Notes: a model not told the origin generated them from the letters alone. Shown: positions 29,201 to 42,164, numbered from the stretch's first letter. The stretch is 62,767 bases of DNA from Guillardia theta CCMP2712 (GCF_000315625.1 NW_005434613.1:278457-341223), one strand, 5' to 3'. Program-made: numbers and translations.

Positions 29201-32200
29201 CGAGGCGGGGACGTACAAGAGCGAGGCAGGGTCGGCCACCTGCACGGCCTGTCCGGGCAACGCCAGCAGCCCGCCAGGCAGCGACGCGGTCGAGGCGTGC
29301 AGGTGCAACGCGGGCTACACGGGGCAGGACGGCGGGGAGTGTAGGGCGTGCGAGGCGGGTTTGTTCAAAAATCGAAGTGGTTTTTTCTCGTGCGTCAATT
29401 GTTCAGCTGGTTTTTTTTCAACCTCGATTGGTTCTTCATTTTGTTTTGCTTGTGAACCTGGCAAGTATAAACCTGATCCTGGTCCGGGAACTTGCAGTGA
29501 TTGCTTGGAAAACTTCACCACTGTGTCTGGTGCAACTGGATTGATAAATTGTCAATGTAAAAGGGGATATACGGGTCTGGATGGTGGAGATTTCTGTGTT
29601 GCCTGTTCCATTGGACAATACAAAGAAAACACGGGTTCTGGTGCATGCATAATTTGTCCTGTGGGAAAATTCAATATTCAAGAAGCGGCCTCCACGTGCA
29701 ACCTTTGCCCTATTGCGACATATAAGGATTTCACTGGAGTAGGTCTGTGTGTTGATTGTCCAGGAAATTTTACGAGCAACAAGGGGAGCACCAACATCAC
29801 AGATTGCAAGTGCATACCTGGATACACTGGTAATGACGGTGAAGTTTGTTATCAGTGTCCCATCGGAACGTATAAAAACATCAGGGGCTCAGCTTCTTGT
29901 CAACAATGTGAAGTTGGAACATATCAAACAATGACAGCAATGACTGTATGTTTAAAATGTGATGCTGGAAAATACAAAAATCAAACAGGCAGCGGGCTCT
30001 GTGCCGAATGTAATGAAGGAACATTTACAATTCAGAAAGGGCAAACCACCTGTGAAATGTGTCCACCATCAACATACAAAGATTGGATTGGAGCAGGAAC
30101 GTGCAAAAACTGTCCGCTATCATCTACAACGACAGAAGGAGCAACAACTATCCTAAACTGCGAATGCAACAAAGGATATACAGGAAACAACGGAGAGTTA
30201 TGTATTGAATGTCAAGAGGGAAAATATAAATCAACAATTGGACCCTTTAACTGTACATCTTGTCCGGGCAACGCCAGCAGCCCGCCAGGCAGCGACGCGG
30301 TCGAGGCGTGCAGGTGCAACGCGGGCTACACGGGGCAGGACGGCGGGGAGTGTAGGGCGTGCGAGGCGGGGACGTACAAGAGCGAGGCAGGGTCGGCCAC
30401 CTGCACGGCCTGTCCGGGCAACGCCAGCAGCCCGCCAGGCAGCGACGCGGTCGAGGCGTGCAGGTGCAACGCGGGCTACACGGGGCAGGACGGCGGGGAG
30501 TGTAGGGCGTGCGAGGCGGGGACGTACAAGAGCGAGGCAGGGTCGGCCACCTGCACGGCCTGTCCGGGCAACGCCAGCAGCCCGCCAGGCAGCGACGCGG
30601 TCGAGGCGTGCAGGTGCAACGCGGGCTACACGGGGCAGGACGGCGGGGAGTGTAGGGCGTGCGAGGCGGGGACGTACAAGAGCGAGGCAGGGTCGGCCAA
30701 CTGCACGGCCTGTCCGGGCAACGCCAGCAGCCCGCCAGGCAGCGACGCGGTCGAGGCGTGCAGGTGCAACGCGGGCTACACGGGGCAGGACGGCGGGGAG
30801 TGTAGGGCGTGCGAGGCGGGGACGTACAAGAGCGAGGCAGGGTCGGCCACCTGCACGGCCTGTCCGGGCAACGCCAGCAGCCCGCCAGGCAGCGACGCGG
30901 TCGAGGCGTGCAGGTGCAACGCGGGCTACACGGGGCAGGACGGCGGGGAGTGTAGGGCGTGCGAGGCGGGGACGTACAAGAGCGAGGCAGGGTCGGCCAC
31001 CTGCACGGCCTGTCCGGGCAACGCCAGCAGCCCGCCAGGCAGCGACGCGGTCGAGGCGTGCAGGTGCAACGCGGGCTACACGGGGCAGGACGGCGGGGAG
31101 TGTAGGGCGTGCGAGGCGGGGACGTACAAGAGCGAGGCAGGGTCGGCCAACTGCACGGCCTGTCCGGGCAACGCCAGCAGCCCGCCAGGCAGCGACGCGG
31201 TCGAGGCGTGCAGGTGCAACGCGGGCTACACGGGGCAGGACGGCGGGGAGTGTAGGGCGTGCGAGGCGGGGACGTACAAGAGCGAGGCAGGGTCGGCCAA
31301 CTGCACGGCCTGTCCGGGCAACGCCAGCAGCCCGCCAGGCAGCGACGCGGTCAAGGCGTGCAGGTGCAACGCGGGCTACACGGGGCAGGACGGCGGGGAG
31401 TGTAGGGCGTGCGAGGCGGGGACGTACAAGACTGAGGTTGGTCTTGGCAATTGTCGGAATTGTCCTGTCAATCTTACCAGTTCTCCTGGTAGTGTTTCTG
31501 TGAAGGGTTGTTTTTGTGATGTTGGGTGGTTTTCGATTAATGTGTCGGTACAAAACTTTTGTTTTGTTTGTCCGGTGGGTACTTTTTCGAATATTTCTTC
31601 TTCGTCTCACTGTTTGGATTGCCTTCCTGGTTCATATTCTTCCACATTCGGTTCGTCCAATTGTAGGTCATGTTTAGCTGGACACTTTCAGGATGAATCT
31701 GGCTCAACGTTTTGCAAACGTTGCTCTCACAATCGGACAAGTGGAATTGGAAGTTCATCGTTAGAGCATTGCAAGTGCCTTCCAGGCTTTTCTGATATCA
31801 ATGGTTCTCATTGCGATCAATGTCCATCGGGAATGTTTCAACCTCACATTGGTGCTTCGCAGTGTATGAGTTGTGATGCTGGATCATTCCAATCGCTTCC
31901 TGGACAGACGTACTGTGAATGTTGTCCACCAGGAACTTTCCAAAATTCATCAGGTGGTCATTCCTGCTTGCCGTGTGAGGAGGGAAAATACAACGATAAG
32001 AGCAATCAGACATTCTGCCAAAATTGCGCAGCAGGATATTACAAGAATTGGACCGGAGAAGGAGAATGCACTGAATGCAAAGAAAATACAACATCCAAAA
32101 TCGGGAGCAAAATTGAATCAGATTGCAAATGTAAGCCAGGTTATGAAAGAACAAACAATACATGTCAACAATGCAAAACGAATTATTACAAAAATACGCT

Positions 32201-35200
32201 TGGAGACACCTTGTGCGAACAATGTCGAGAAAACATGCAAAGCACTCAAGGGAGCGACGCGGTCGAGGCGTGCAGGTGCAACGCGGGCTACACGGGGCAG
32301 GACGGCGGGGAGTGTAGGGCGTGCAAGGCGGGGACGTACAAGAGCGAGGCAGGGTCGGCCAACTGCACGGCCTGTCCGGGCAACGCCAGCAGCCCGCCAG
32401 GCAGCGACGCGGTCGAGGCGTGCAGGTGCAACGCGGGCTACACGGGGCAGGACGGCGGGGAGTGTAGGGCGTGCGAGGCGGGGACGTACAAGAGCGAGGC
32501 AGGGTCGGCCAACTGCACGGCCTGTCCGGGCAACGCCAGCAGCCCGCCAGGCAGCGACGCGGTCGAGGCGTGCAGGTGCAACGCGGGCTACACGGGGCAG
32601 GACGGCGGGGAGTGTAGGGCGTGCGAGGCGGGGACGTACAAGAGCGAGGCAGGGTCGGCCACCTGCACGGCCTGTCCGGGCAACGCCAGCAGCCCGCCAG
32701 GCAGCGACGCGGTCGATGCGTGCAGGTGCAACGCGGGCTACACGGGGCAGGACGGCGGGGAGTGTAGGGCGTGCGAGGCGGGGACGTACAAGAGCGAGGC
32801 AGGGTCGGCCAACTGCACGGCCTGTCCGGGCAACGCCAGCAGCCCGCCAGGCAGCGACGCGGTCGAGGCGTGCAGGTGCAACGCGGGCTACACGGGGCAG
32901 GACGGCGGGGAGTGTAGGGCGTGCAAGGCGGGGACGTACAAGAGCGAGGCAGGGTCGGCCACCTGCACGGCCTGTCCGGGCAACGCCAGCAGCCCGCCAG
33001 GCAGCGACGCGGTCAAGGCGTGCAGGTGCAACGCGGGCTACACGGGGCAGGACGGCGGGGAGTGTAGGGCGTGCGAGGCGGGGACGTACAAGAGCGAGGC
33101 AGGGTCGGCCAACTGCACGGCCTGTCCGGGCAACGCCAGCAGCCCGCCAGGCAGCGACGCGGTCAAGGCGTGCAGGTGCAACGCGGGCTACACGGGGCAG
33201 GACGGCGGGGAGTGTAGGGCGTGCGAGGCGGGGACGTACAAGAGCGAGGCAGGGTCGGCCACCTGCACGGCCTGTCCGGGCAACGCCAGCAGCCCGCCAG
33301 GCAGCGACGCGGTCAAGGCGTGCAGGTGCAACGCGGGCTACACGGGGCAGGACGGCGGGGAGTGTAGGGCGTGCAAGGCGGGGACGTACAAGAGCGAGGC
33401 AGGGTCGGCCACCTGCACGGCCTGTCCGGGCAACGCCAGCAGCCCGCCAGGCAGCGACGCGGTCGAGGCGTGCAGGTGCAACGCGGGCTACACGGGGCAG
33501 GACGGCGGGGAGTGTAGGGCGTGCAAGGCGGGGACGTACAAGAGCGAGGCAGGGTCGGCCAACTGCACGGCCTGTCCGGGCAACGCCAGCAGCCCGCCAG
33601 GCAGCGACGCGGTCGAGGCGTGCAGATGTAATTTTGGGTTTTTTGGTCAATTCGATTCTGTTTGTACTCCATGTTTTCCCGGTACGTATAAATCTGCTTT
33701 GGGATCACAGGCTTGTTCAAATTGTCCATCTCATTCAACAAGTGGCTTGGCCTCCACTAAACGTTCGGATTGTGCTTGTGTTCCTGGATTTTTTTCATCG
33801 TCCATTGGCTCAGATCTGACATGCAGTCCTTGTTTTACTGGCACGTACCAAGATAAGTCTGGATATTCATTTTGTTTCACTTGTCCTCACAATTCTTCTT
33901 CTTTGGAGGGCAGTTCAAGTCTTGACAAATGTCTCTGCAAGCCCGGATATTTTGGGCCACCTGAAAACTGCATTGAATGTCCTTTTGGTACATTCAAGAA
34001 TACTTCAGGCTCTTTCGAATGTTTCAATTGTCCTCCGTTCTCATATTCCGATAAGGGTGCAACAGATGTTACAGCGTGCAAATGTAATCTTGGATTCTAC
34101 AGGGGTGGTAATGATTTGTCATGCATTGCATGCAAAGTTGGAAAATACAAGGACTTTCTTGGTGATCAGAGTTGCACTGCATGTCCAACGTATTCGACCT
34201 CTTCGACAGGCAGTGTAAATGCAAAAGATTGTACTTGCATCGAGGGCTATTTTGGACCCCCTGGCGGACCTTGTATTCAGTGTGGTTATGCAAAGTACAG
34301 CGATGCTCTGGGATCATCAACCTGTACAAGTTGTCCTGATAATTCGTGGGCTCCGCAAGCAAGTGCACGAAGATCTGCTTGCATGTGTATCGCGGGGTAC
34401 ACTGGTCAAGATGGTGGACCATGTAATGCATGTCCCGAAGGAAAACACAAAGAATCCAATGGCTCAACACCGTGTTCATCATGCAGCCATCTTGCCACAA
34501 CCATCTGGAATGCTTCGCAAGAGATTTGCCTGTGCAATGCCGGCTACACTGGTTCAAACAACATGTGTATGGCTTGTTCCCCAGGCAAGTACAAAAACAC
34601 CATAGGATCAGGTGATTGTCTTGCATGTCCTGCTCACACCATCTCGTTGAATGCAAGCAGCGATGTAGCACAATGCATTTGTTCTCCAGGTTACTTCCAG
34701 AAGAATGGTCAATGTATGCCATGCAGTTTCGATACGTACAAAGCAGTGGCAGGTAACGGAGAATGTGCCATGTGCCCGGTGAATTCTGGCACATTATCCG
34801 ACGGAAGTCACTCGATTGACCAATGCTTTTGTAAGCCAGGCTATTTCGGATCGAATGAAGCTTGCTCAGCTTGCCCCGCTGGGACGTATAAGACATTGTT
34901 GGGTACTTCAGGGTGTTCGATCTGTGAGAACTTCACAACCTCGAATCCTGGCAGTGTTTCAATCAGTGATTGTGTATGTATAGAAGACTACTTTCTTGAA
35001 AACATGCAATGCAAACCGTGTTTACCCGGCAGTTATAAGAATGTAAGTGGAAACGGACCTTGCACTTCTTGTGATAAGTTGTGGTCGGTCAAGTGCTTGC
35101 CTGTGATCAAATCGGTCAACCCTCAATTTTGCGAAGCGGAGGGTGGAAGCATGGTGTACTTTGAGCTTAGTTCTGGTGCAAATCAGATCTCTTGGATACG

Positions 35201-38200
35201 TTTTTCAGAAACCCAGACACGTTCCACTGCAACGTTCTTGAGTCCGACTTTGATTGCTGCGATATGTCCTGCTTCAGATGGAAAATTCGGAGCGACTTTA
35301 GGGTTACTTCTTGCTTCAGATCTTCAGCCAATTTCAAGATTTTCATTTTCTTACTTGACTCCAAGGCCAATCGTTTCTCCCCAAAATATCTTGAGAAACG
35401 GGACTGTAGTCAATGCAACGTTTTCTTTCTGGCCAGAAGGATTCCCGAAATCGTGCGGATTGTCATTCGGACCAGGATCTGACTGGGATTACCATGTTAT
35501 GAAAATGGACACAATTTACCGCGCAAGTGGTCTCCTCAGAATTCTCATAAAATCAGCCCAGGCACAGCTCAGCTTCAATTGTAGTGGTCAGTTGATTGAT
35601 ACACGGGTTGTGGTCAACGTTTTTGACAATATGGTAGTTTCTAACATTATCAATCGGAATGGAAAATGTACAATCACAAGCAGATGTAGTCTATCTATCG
35701 TTGTCTCCAATCCCTCTCCCATGTTGCAAGCAGGAAACATAGCAGTCAGCATTCACGGCACAAAGTACTCCACCAGCTTTGAAGGCCCTCAATATTCCAT
35801 CTTGACGCAGGTACGTGCATTTGTTTTCCCTAGATAGCAGATTTTGAATGACTCTTTGTAAAACAGGTACAGGAAGCCCAAAGCGATTATGCAATTGTTA
35901 CTATCGATATTCCTCCCTTGCTTTCATTCGATACTTTCATCTGTACGATGCATCCCACAAGTTTCTACCAAGATCCAGTCATGGATCAGATCGCTTCATT
36001 TAATCTTCCAATTGCAATACCGGCTGCTGAGATTCTGAGCATTTCTCCTTCGTCAGGACCGATTTTGACAGAGACCGTCGTCTTGATCGTACTGAGTTCC
36101 TTTCCAATCGCTGCAGACTTCAAAGTGACGGTAGCAGGGAATTTAATGCCCAAACCTGAAGTACAATTTGCAGATGAATCAGGGATATCTTTGAAGGTAT
36201 CATTGTATTCTGAGCAATCCGGAATTCAAAACGTCATCGTATCATCCTCTGGAATATCGGCAAACACGAGTTTCCTTAGCTTGATGCCTCAATTTAAAGC
36301 AAATTGTTTAGGAAATTGTTACATTGTAGACTGGGCTGAGACAGAGCTTCAAGTTGCGGTATATGGCTTTCCCATAGAATTGAACCATTCAATTTGGATT
36401 GTACAGGGAACAGAAAAAACAAGATCTTCTGTCTCTGCATCTGTCCCCGACAATGGAGCCAACATACTATATGTACAAGTTTCTTTTTCGGATGCTCTCG
36501 AGAATGCCTATGATACAACTTGTTTTCGTGTTTCACAGACTCATTTTGATTACAATGCATTTTTTTGCACTCAGTCTTACAGGAAGCCTCGCATAAGTCG
36601 CTTGAATTTCAACAATTTGGGAAACAGCCTGAGCATAACTTTCGATCAGGTTGTGGATATCAGCTCAGAGATTAATGATTGTGCAAAGTATTTCCCAAAG
36701 GCTAATCTCACCAGTTTAGGAAAAGGAAGGTTGTGCTCATGGTACGATTCCTCCACGCTTCAGGTTGTATTAGGGAGTGATGCCTCAGTCATGGTATCTC
36801 AATCCTTGCTGTTCAATGGAAACCTGAGCATGATGGGAAGGCTCATTAAAAACTCAGAGGGTATGGTTGCTCGTGTTCAGCCTCCTTCTCTTGCCTCCAC
36901 ACCTTCGATCACATTGGACGGTCCCTTCGAGGTTGCCTCTTGTGATTCCGCGACAATAAGAGCGACTTGTAGCTCGTCAAGACCACCCATCTTTTCTTGG
37001 AGGATACTGAATTCCGAATTTCACACAGGATTGGTGCAAAACGTGACAGGAGACACAGTAGCTTTGAAGGGTATCTACCTTCAGTTGGGGATCAGTTACC
37101 AAATCGTTGTCACAGCTTACACATTTTTGGGGGTGTCTGTAACCAGCAAAGTTCACTTGCTTCAAAGAGCTGCTGAGCCAGTGCCCCTTGTATCTATTGT
37201 AATGCCACCTCCACCGTACAAGAGGCCAAATTCCTTCTACGTAACTGCCAAGTCTGAATTTTCTTCCTGTGCTCCAAGCAGAGCGACTCTCAACTATACC
37301 TGGTTGCTCTACAATTCACAAAGTTCCAACTCATCGATACAAGCAAAAGGTCCTGAAATGTTGATAAGCACGATGAACCTGATCCCTGGGTCTTCATACA
37401 CAATATCACTTCTGGTGCAGTCTGCCTTGAGCTCAAGTCTGGTACAGCAGACAATCACCATTGCACGTTCTGGGGTCAAAGCGCTGATAAAGGGAGGAAA
37501 TCGTACAGCCTACAGAAATCAGGCAGATTTTCTCATAGATGGATCAGCATCGTATGACATGGATTACGTGGGCATAACGGCGGGCTTGAGCTTCGAATGG
37601 ACATGTGCTGTAGGAAATGGCCCCTGTCGCTATCTAAATGGCTCAAAGTTGATCCTTCCTTACGTGCCATACCTCAACCTCAACCTCTACAGTCTGAATC
37701 TTCAAGGCACTAGTGCTTTGCAAATCACATTGATGGTGAGTAAAGGTGCATACTTCGATTCGCAAACAGTCATCTTAGAGCTCTCCGACGCCCCCGTCCT
37801 ACCAGTTGAGATATCTAGTAGTGTCAACAATCAACTGTGGGTATCTTTGAAGGCAGTGCCAGTGACAAACAACGCCAAGTATTCATGGAATGTCAAAGAT
37901 TCTGCGAATAACCTCATGAATCAAGTCTTGACCAAAAACAATGCATGCCCAGCCGGTATAGATTCATATGACCTGGTTATCTTGAACCCTTCCAAATTCT
38001 TGCCGCGCGGAAAGTATGCAATTTCCGTCGAAATGCGATATGACAATCTGGTTGGAACTGCCTCGATACCTTTCAGAGTGACATGGCCGCCCTCTGGTGG
38101 TCAATGTGCGGTCAGTCCTACCTCGGGGGTAGAGCTCGAGCAAGACTTTCAAATCAAGTGTATCTCATGGACCTCCGATGATTTGCCCTTGTCATATCAA

Positions 38201-39949
38201 TACGGCCTTGGTCGGATCGGTTCAGCAGAGATTTCTTGGACGCCTCAATCGTACTTGAACGTACACTCTGCAATCTTGACAAACGGAGATTATGGTATGG
38301 TTGCGTCGATCATCGACAATCTTGGAGGAGCTTCTCTGTCGGAAACGACGAACATCAGGGTACGGCAAAAAGAATTTGCAAATGGGACAAACTTTGAGGA
38401 CGAGCTGTTTGCAAACATTGCGAAGGCGATAGATCAGTTCAACAGCCTTGGATTGCTTGGGCAGAGTTTGCAACTTTCCAATAGTGCCCTTCTCAGTTTG
38501 CAGGAAAATCAAAATCGCCGCCTGTTGGCATCGTCCTTGGCTTATCGGATGCGTGTGAGAAACATGCTTCTTGCAAAGATGGCAGGCGGAACAGTCAACG
38601 ACAAAATGAACACCAGGACGATGTCATCATCCCTGGAGACAGTAAGCAATGCACTGCAACAACCTTCGGAAATCAGCCCGAATGGATGCTCAGACGTGGG
38701 ACAACTGTTGGGGACCTGTACGACGTTCATGACTGTTGACTTCTTGCGTGGCGATGGGATCTTTGCTTTTCTCTCTTCGTTCGACGCATACCTAATCACA
38801 GCCAAGAACTTTGACAAACCTATGAGACAAGCCTCTCTCATCTCGGTGTTGAACAACGTGCTGAATGCTTCCACGTTATTGTCGACCTCGATGGTGCAAA
38901 CTGAGCAAGCTTTTCATCAGGCCCTTGCCATGTTCACGGTGCAGGTCCAGCGGTGCGGAGTCGACCTGAGCCAAGAAGAAGTCAATCTAATGGAGCAAAG
39001 GGTGTCTGTTGATTTCGGGGCTTTCAGGGCCTTGTCAAACCTGAGAAGCCAAGACTTGTCTATCACGCTGGTTCACACGAAGGAGTTCTGGTTCTTGGAT
39101 GACTTGTACAACCTGGGCTATACTGTTGTGTCAAACCCTTCAGTCTTGTATTACCTCTACTCCCTGCCAGACCTGAAAATGGTGTGGGACTGCAAGGGTT
39201 CCGACTCGCCCTGTTTCAGCGTTCAGGTAGATATGAACCGAAGTACAGCTGAACAAGCCCATGATCTCTTGCTCAAGTGTGTGCTGTGGAACGCTCAGAG
39301 TGCAGCATGGGACTTCAAGGCCTGCACGTTGGGATCCATCTCTCTACAGGCAGAGTCAGCGACAGCCCAGTGCCTGTGCAACAGCGTGGGCTCAGCCTTG
39401 GTCATCCAAGAGAACCTGGACGCCTCCGGATTCTTCAACATCAACAACAAGTTCAACCTGCACCATATTTTTGAGTGGCTGCTCCTCACTATCATCGTTC
39501 ACTTTTGTGTGGCGACCTTCGTCGTCGTGGTCACCTTTCGTGGAACTCTCAACTCAATCCTCTCGTCCTCGTCCTTGAACACTGGCCGTCCTCACCATCG
39601 CAGGGCTTCAGACCGGAAGATGCTCTTCCTCGAGTATGAGATCAAAGGAGAGCTGGGAATGTTGCAACATGTCAAGGAACCAGGAGGGCAGGAAGAGGAG
39701 GAGCATAGACGCTCTTCTCCAGCTGAGCACAACTCAGTGAGTTGTACATGCTGCAAACTGAACAGACAGACAGTCAAGTTTTCCACGCAGGATGCTGCGG
39801 GGAGCCATGCTGTCTCCTCCTCCCCATCCCAGTGGTTTGAAGAATGCCAGGTCGTCTCGTCTCCTCACACAGTCGTCGAGCGGAGGCAGAGAATGACGCT
39901 CAGGTTTAGGAAGAGTCAAGTCGCTGAGCCCGTCATGTTGTCTGAATGA
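26223..39949 (+). CDS. Giant cell-surface protein B (~4,550 aa), paralog of protein A: signal peptide, dozens of GCC2/GCC3-type Cys-rich repeats, IPT/TIG-like, REJ/PKD-like, GPS-like, one TM
   Basis: ORF from 26223 joined by a phase-0 GT-AG intron (35811-35866) to 35867-39949 (ILTQ|VQEAQSDY..DIPPLL). Same domain order as protein A: KGGNRT..IDGSASYDMD..FEWTC, PPSGGQCAVSPTSG, RRLLASSLAYRMR, CVLWN..WDFKAC..CLC, TM WLLLTIIVHFCVATFVVVV. Confidence 0.88.
28311..29359 (+). repeat. Coding tandem array 1: 7 x 150 bp (50 aa)
   Basis: Unit TYKSEAGSA(N/T)CTACPGNASSPPGSDAVEACRCNAGYTGQDGGECRACEAG; units start every 150 bp from 28311; ~73% GC (110/150 by hand count). Confidence 0.97.
30261..31431 (+). repeat. 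Coding tandem array 2: ~7.8 x the same 150-bp unit
   Basis: Near-identical to the array 1 unit. Confidence 0.97.
32253..33625 (+). repeat. Coding tandem array 3: ~9.1 x the same 150-bp unit
   Basis: Near-identical to arrays 1 and 2, with E/K and E/D variants. Confidence 0.97.
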
Positions 39950-40091
39950 TAACCCACTACAACTAGTCTATCAGTGCCTGATTGATCTTGTTGGATGTAC
40001 TTGACTTACACTTTGATATTGATTAAACGACACAACATACTGCTCTGCGTTTGAGTGACTGAGCTCACCGGGGGCCCTACTGACGGATCGC

Positions 40092-40419
40092 ATGCCAGCC
40101 GTGCAAGTCAGATGCGGCGCCGAGTTACTAGTCACTTAATCCTTTTATTGACTGAAAAAGAAAGGCGCGAAAACCGCTACTCCAACCACGATGTAGTACG
40201 TGGGACGAAGAGGAGGCCTTCCTAGCCGTCTTGCTAAGGTCCTCTCATGTCTGGATGCTTGGGTTTCACATCATAGCATACAGTCTATCTCTCATGTGCT
40301 CCTCCGAATTCTGGTTTCGTGTGCATTAAACTCGGTCTTGAGCAAAAACTGTCTTGTTGCAACTGAGGTTGATATGGTGTCTGCATTACTTTGACACAGT
40401 ACAAGTCTAACAAACTTGT
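40092..40419 (+). repeat. Dispersed repeat copy 1 (inverted homolog of 54992-55315)
   Basis: Blocks such as TTCCTAGCCGTCTTGCTAAGGTCCTC, CATGTCTGGATGCTTGGGTTTCACATC, TAGCATACAGTCTATCTCTCATGTGCTCCTC and AGTACAAGTCTAACAAACTTGT occur as reverse complements at 54992-55315. Confidence 0.9.
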
Positions 40420-40549
40420 GCTCCCTCACCTACTGCCCGGCCATCAACCGGGTCTGCCTGGCCGACTGAGTGGTCCAATGGTAGCTGACTCCGTGACAAC
40501 CAGTTAACATCTCTGGTCATCGGTATTTGCGGTTACACCCAAGTCAGCA

Positions 40550-41635
40550 ATGTCCGGCAGGCCGCCCAGCTACGGTGAAGCGAAGAGGATGCCGGCGGCT
40601 GGGGGACGCGTGTACGAGCAGTATGTGCCTGACGATGCATCTAGAGTCGTGCGAAGAGCATGCGAGCATTCTGAGTGCCCCGTGTGCTACGAGGAGATGT
40701 GGAAGGCAGCGTCAGGGGTGTTCGTCAACCCCTCCGGCAAGAGGACCTGTCCGCACTTCTTTCACCTCAGCTGCGCAAGGCAAGTCGGCGAGCAGTCTCG
40801 AGGAGGGAAGCACTGTCCTCTCTGTAGGGCTCAGTTCCAGTCGGTTGTCGAGGTCCCGGCAGTTGACCGCGACCCCGACGCCTGGTTTAGCCTCGTTGAT
40901 CTCAATGGCGACCAATCCTTGTCTAAGGTGAGCTAGCAAGTCTGAAGCTCAGCATGTGCTGTTGGTGAAGAAAGGGCAGGCAGAAATAAGAGCCGTCCTC
41001 CTTGCCCAGCTCAGGGTTGACCCCGTTATGCTGGATGAGCAGCTCGGCTCCTACTTCCGTCAGTGGGACTTTGACAGTGAGGCGCCTGGAATGCAGGTTG
41101 ACATCTGACAGTGGGGCTGTAGGGAATCAGCTGATTACCAAAGACGAATTCTTGAACCCGTCTCAAGGTCTCCTCGCCTTTGTGAGGGAGAATGTTCGAA
41201 GGCAGAAGGTGGGAGGGGGTTGAGGGTCGATGGAAAATGGTCAGCGGTTTGCAGGAGGAGGCGATACCGGACATCCGAAGGGATAAGCTCGCATGGTTCG
41301 AGTACTTCGACGAGGACAAGACGAGCTCGCTGGAGTTCGAAGAAGTCGTTCGAGGTCTCAGCAAAACATTCGGCATGGGGTCCAACGTAGAGGTGAGATG
41401 AGATGCGTTAGGGGAACATACATGGTTAGTCTGAAACCCCCAGCAGAAGATCCAAAACCTTCGTGAGAACCTGAGGGTGATTTGGGGAGTCTTCGACAAC
41501 GGTAGAGCCCATGGTTGATACTCCATCCTCACATTCCTGTCGTCAGATGGCAACTCAAGCATTGACAAGATCGAGTTCCTCCGACCCTCCGACGGCCTGG
41601 CCGATACGGTCGTGGCGACTTTGACGCACTCCTGA
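40550..41635 (+). CDS. RING-H2 finger + EF-hand protein (putative Ca2+-sensing E3 ubiquitin ligase), multi-exon
   Basis: CPVC...CPHFFHLSC...CPLCR, then EF-hand-like loops DLNGDQSLSKAE, WDFD..LITKDEF, DEDKTSSLEFEE, DNDGNSSIDKIEF; stop 41633-41635. Confidence 0.82.
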
Positions 41636-42164
41636 ATGTCCTCCTGGCTGGCATGCGCTTGAAGGACGAGAATATGAACGAGGAGCAAAGACATCTTTCT
41701 GTCAAAAAAGGTTTTGACGTTTGACATGTGACTTTGTAGATATCCATGGCTTGCTCTCGTCCAAATCTGTCAAGATCGCCACACGATAATCTTCTTGAAC
41801 TAGATAATGGTCCATGTATTCCTCAGAGACTGAGATGTTCTCATGAGTATGATACCGAGATGTGGCAAGGACATGCCTACAAGTTACAGGTGGAAGAATC
41901 ACACCAACCTTGGTCCGAGTTCTCGCTAATTTCCTAAAAGATCCTGAGGATTTTAGATCTCCACGAGCACTCAGCGAGGCAATTTCACAGAATCTTTATC
42001 AAACACTGATGTCTGCATTCTTACCGTTGGAATTCCTCTCTCTTTCAGGACGCAAAAGCATCCACACTGTAGTTTCAACCCCGTCAACCTGCTGCACCTC
42101 CTTGGCCTCCGTGCTGACTGGAGCCCTGACAACTTCGACCCGCTACGATTCTTCTATGTTATCG

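Noticed and set aside
28311-33625. CRISPR-like array
   Set aside because: Head-to-tail coding repeats without unique spacers, no cas genes, eukaryotic context.
30205-33819. Long alternative-frame ORFs (RATRATRGRTAG..., and antisense ARVAPARLDRV...) over the arrays
   Set aside because: A stop-free GC-rich 150-bp unit repeated in phase yields long ORFs automatically; they do not extend far into unique sequence.
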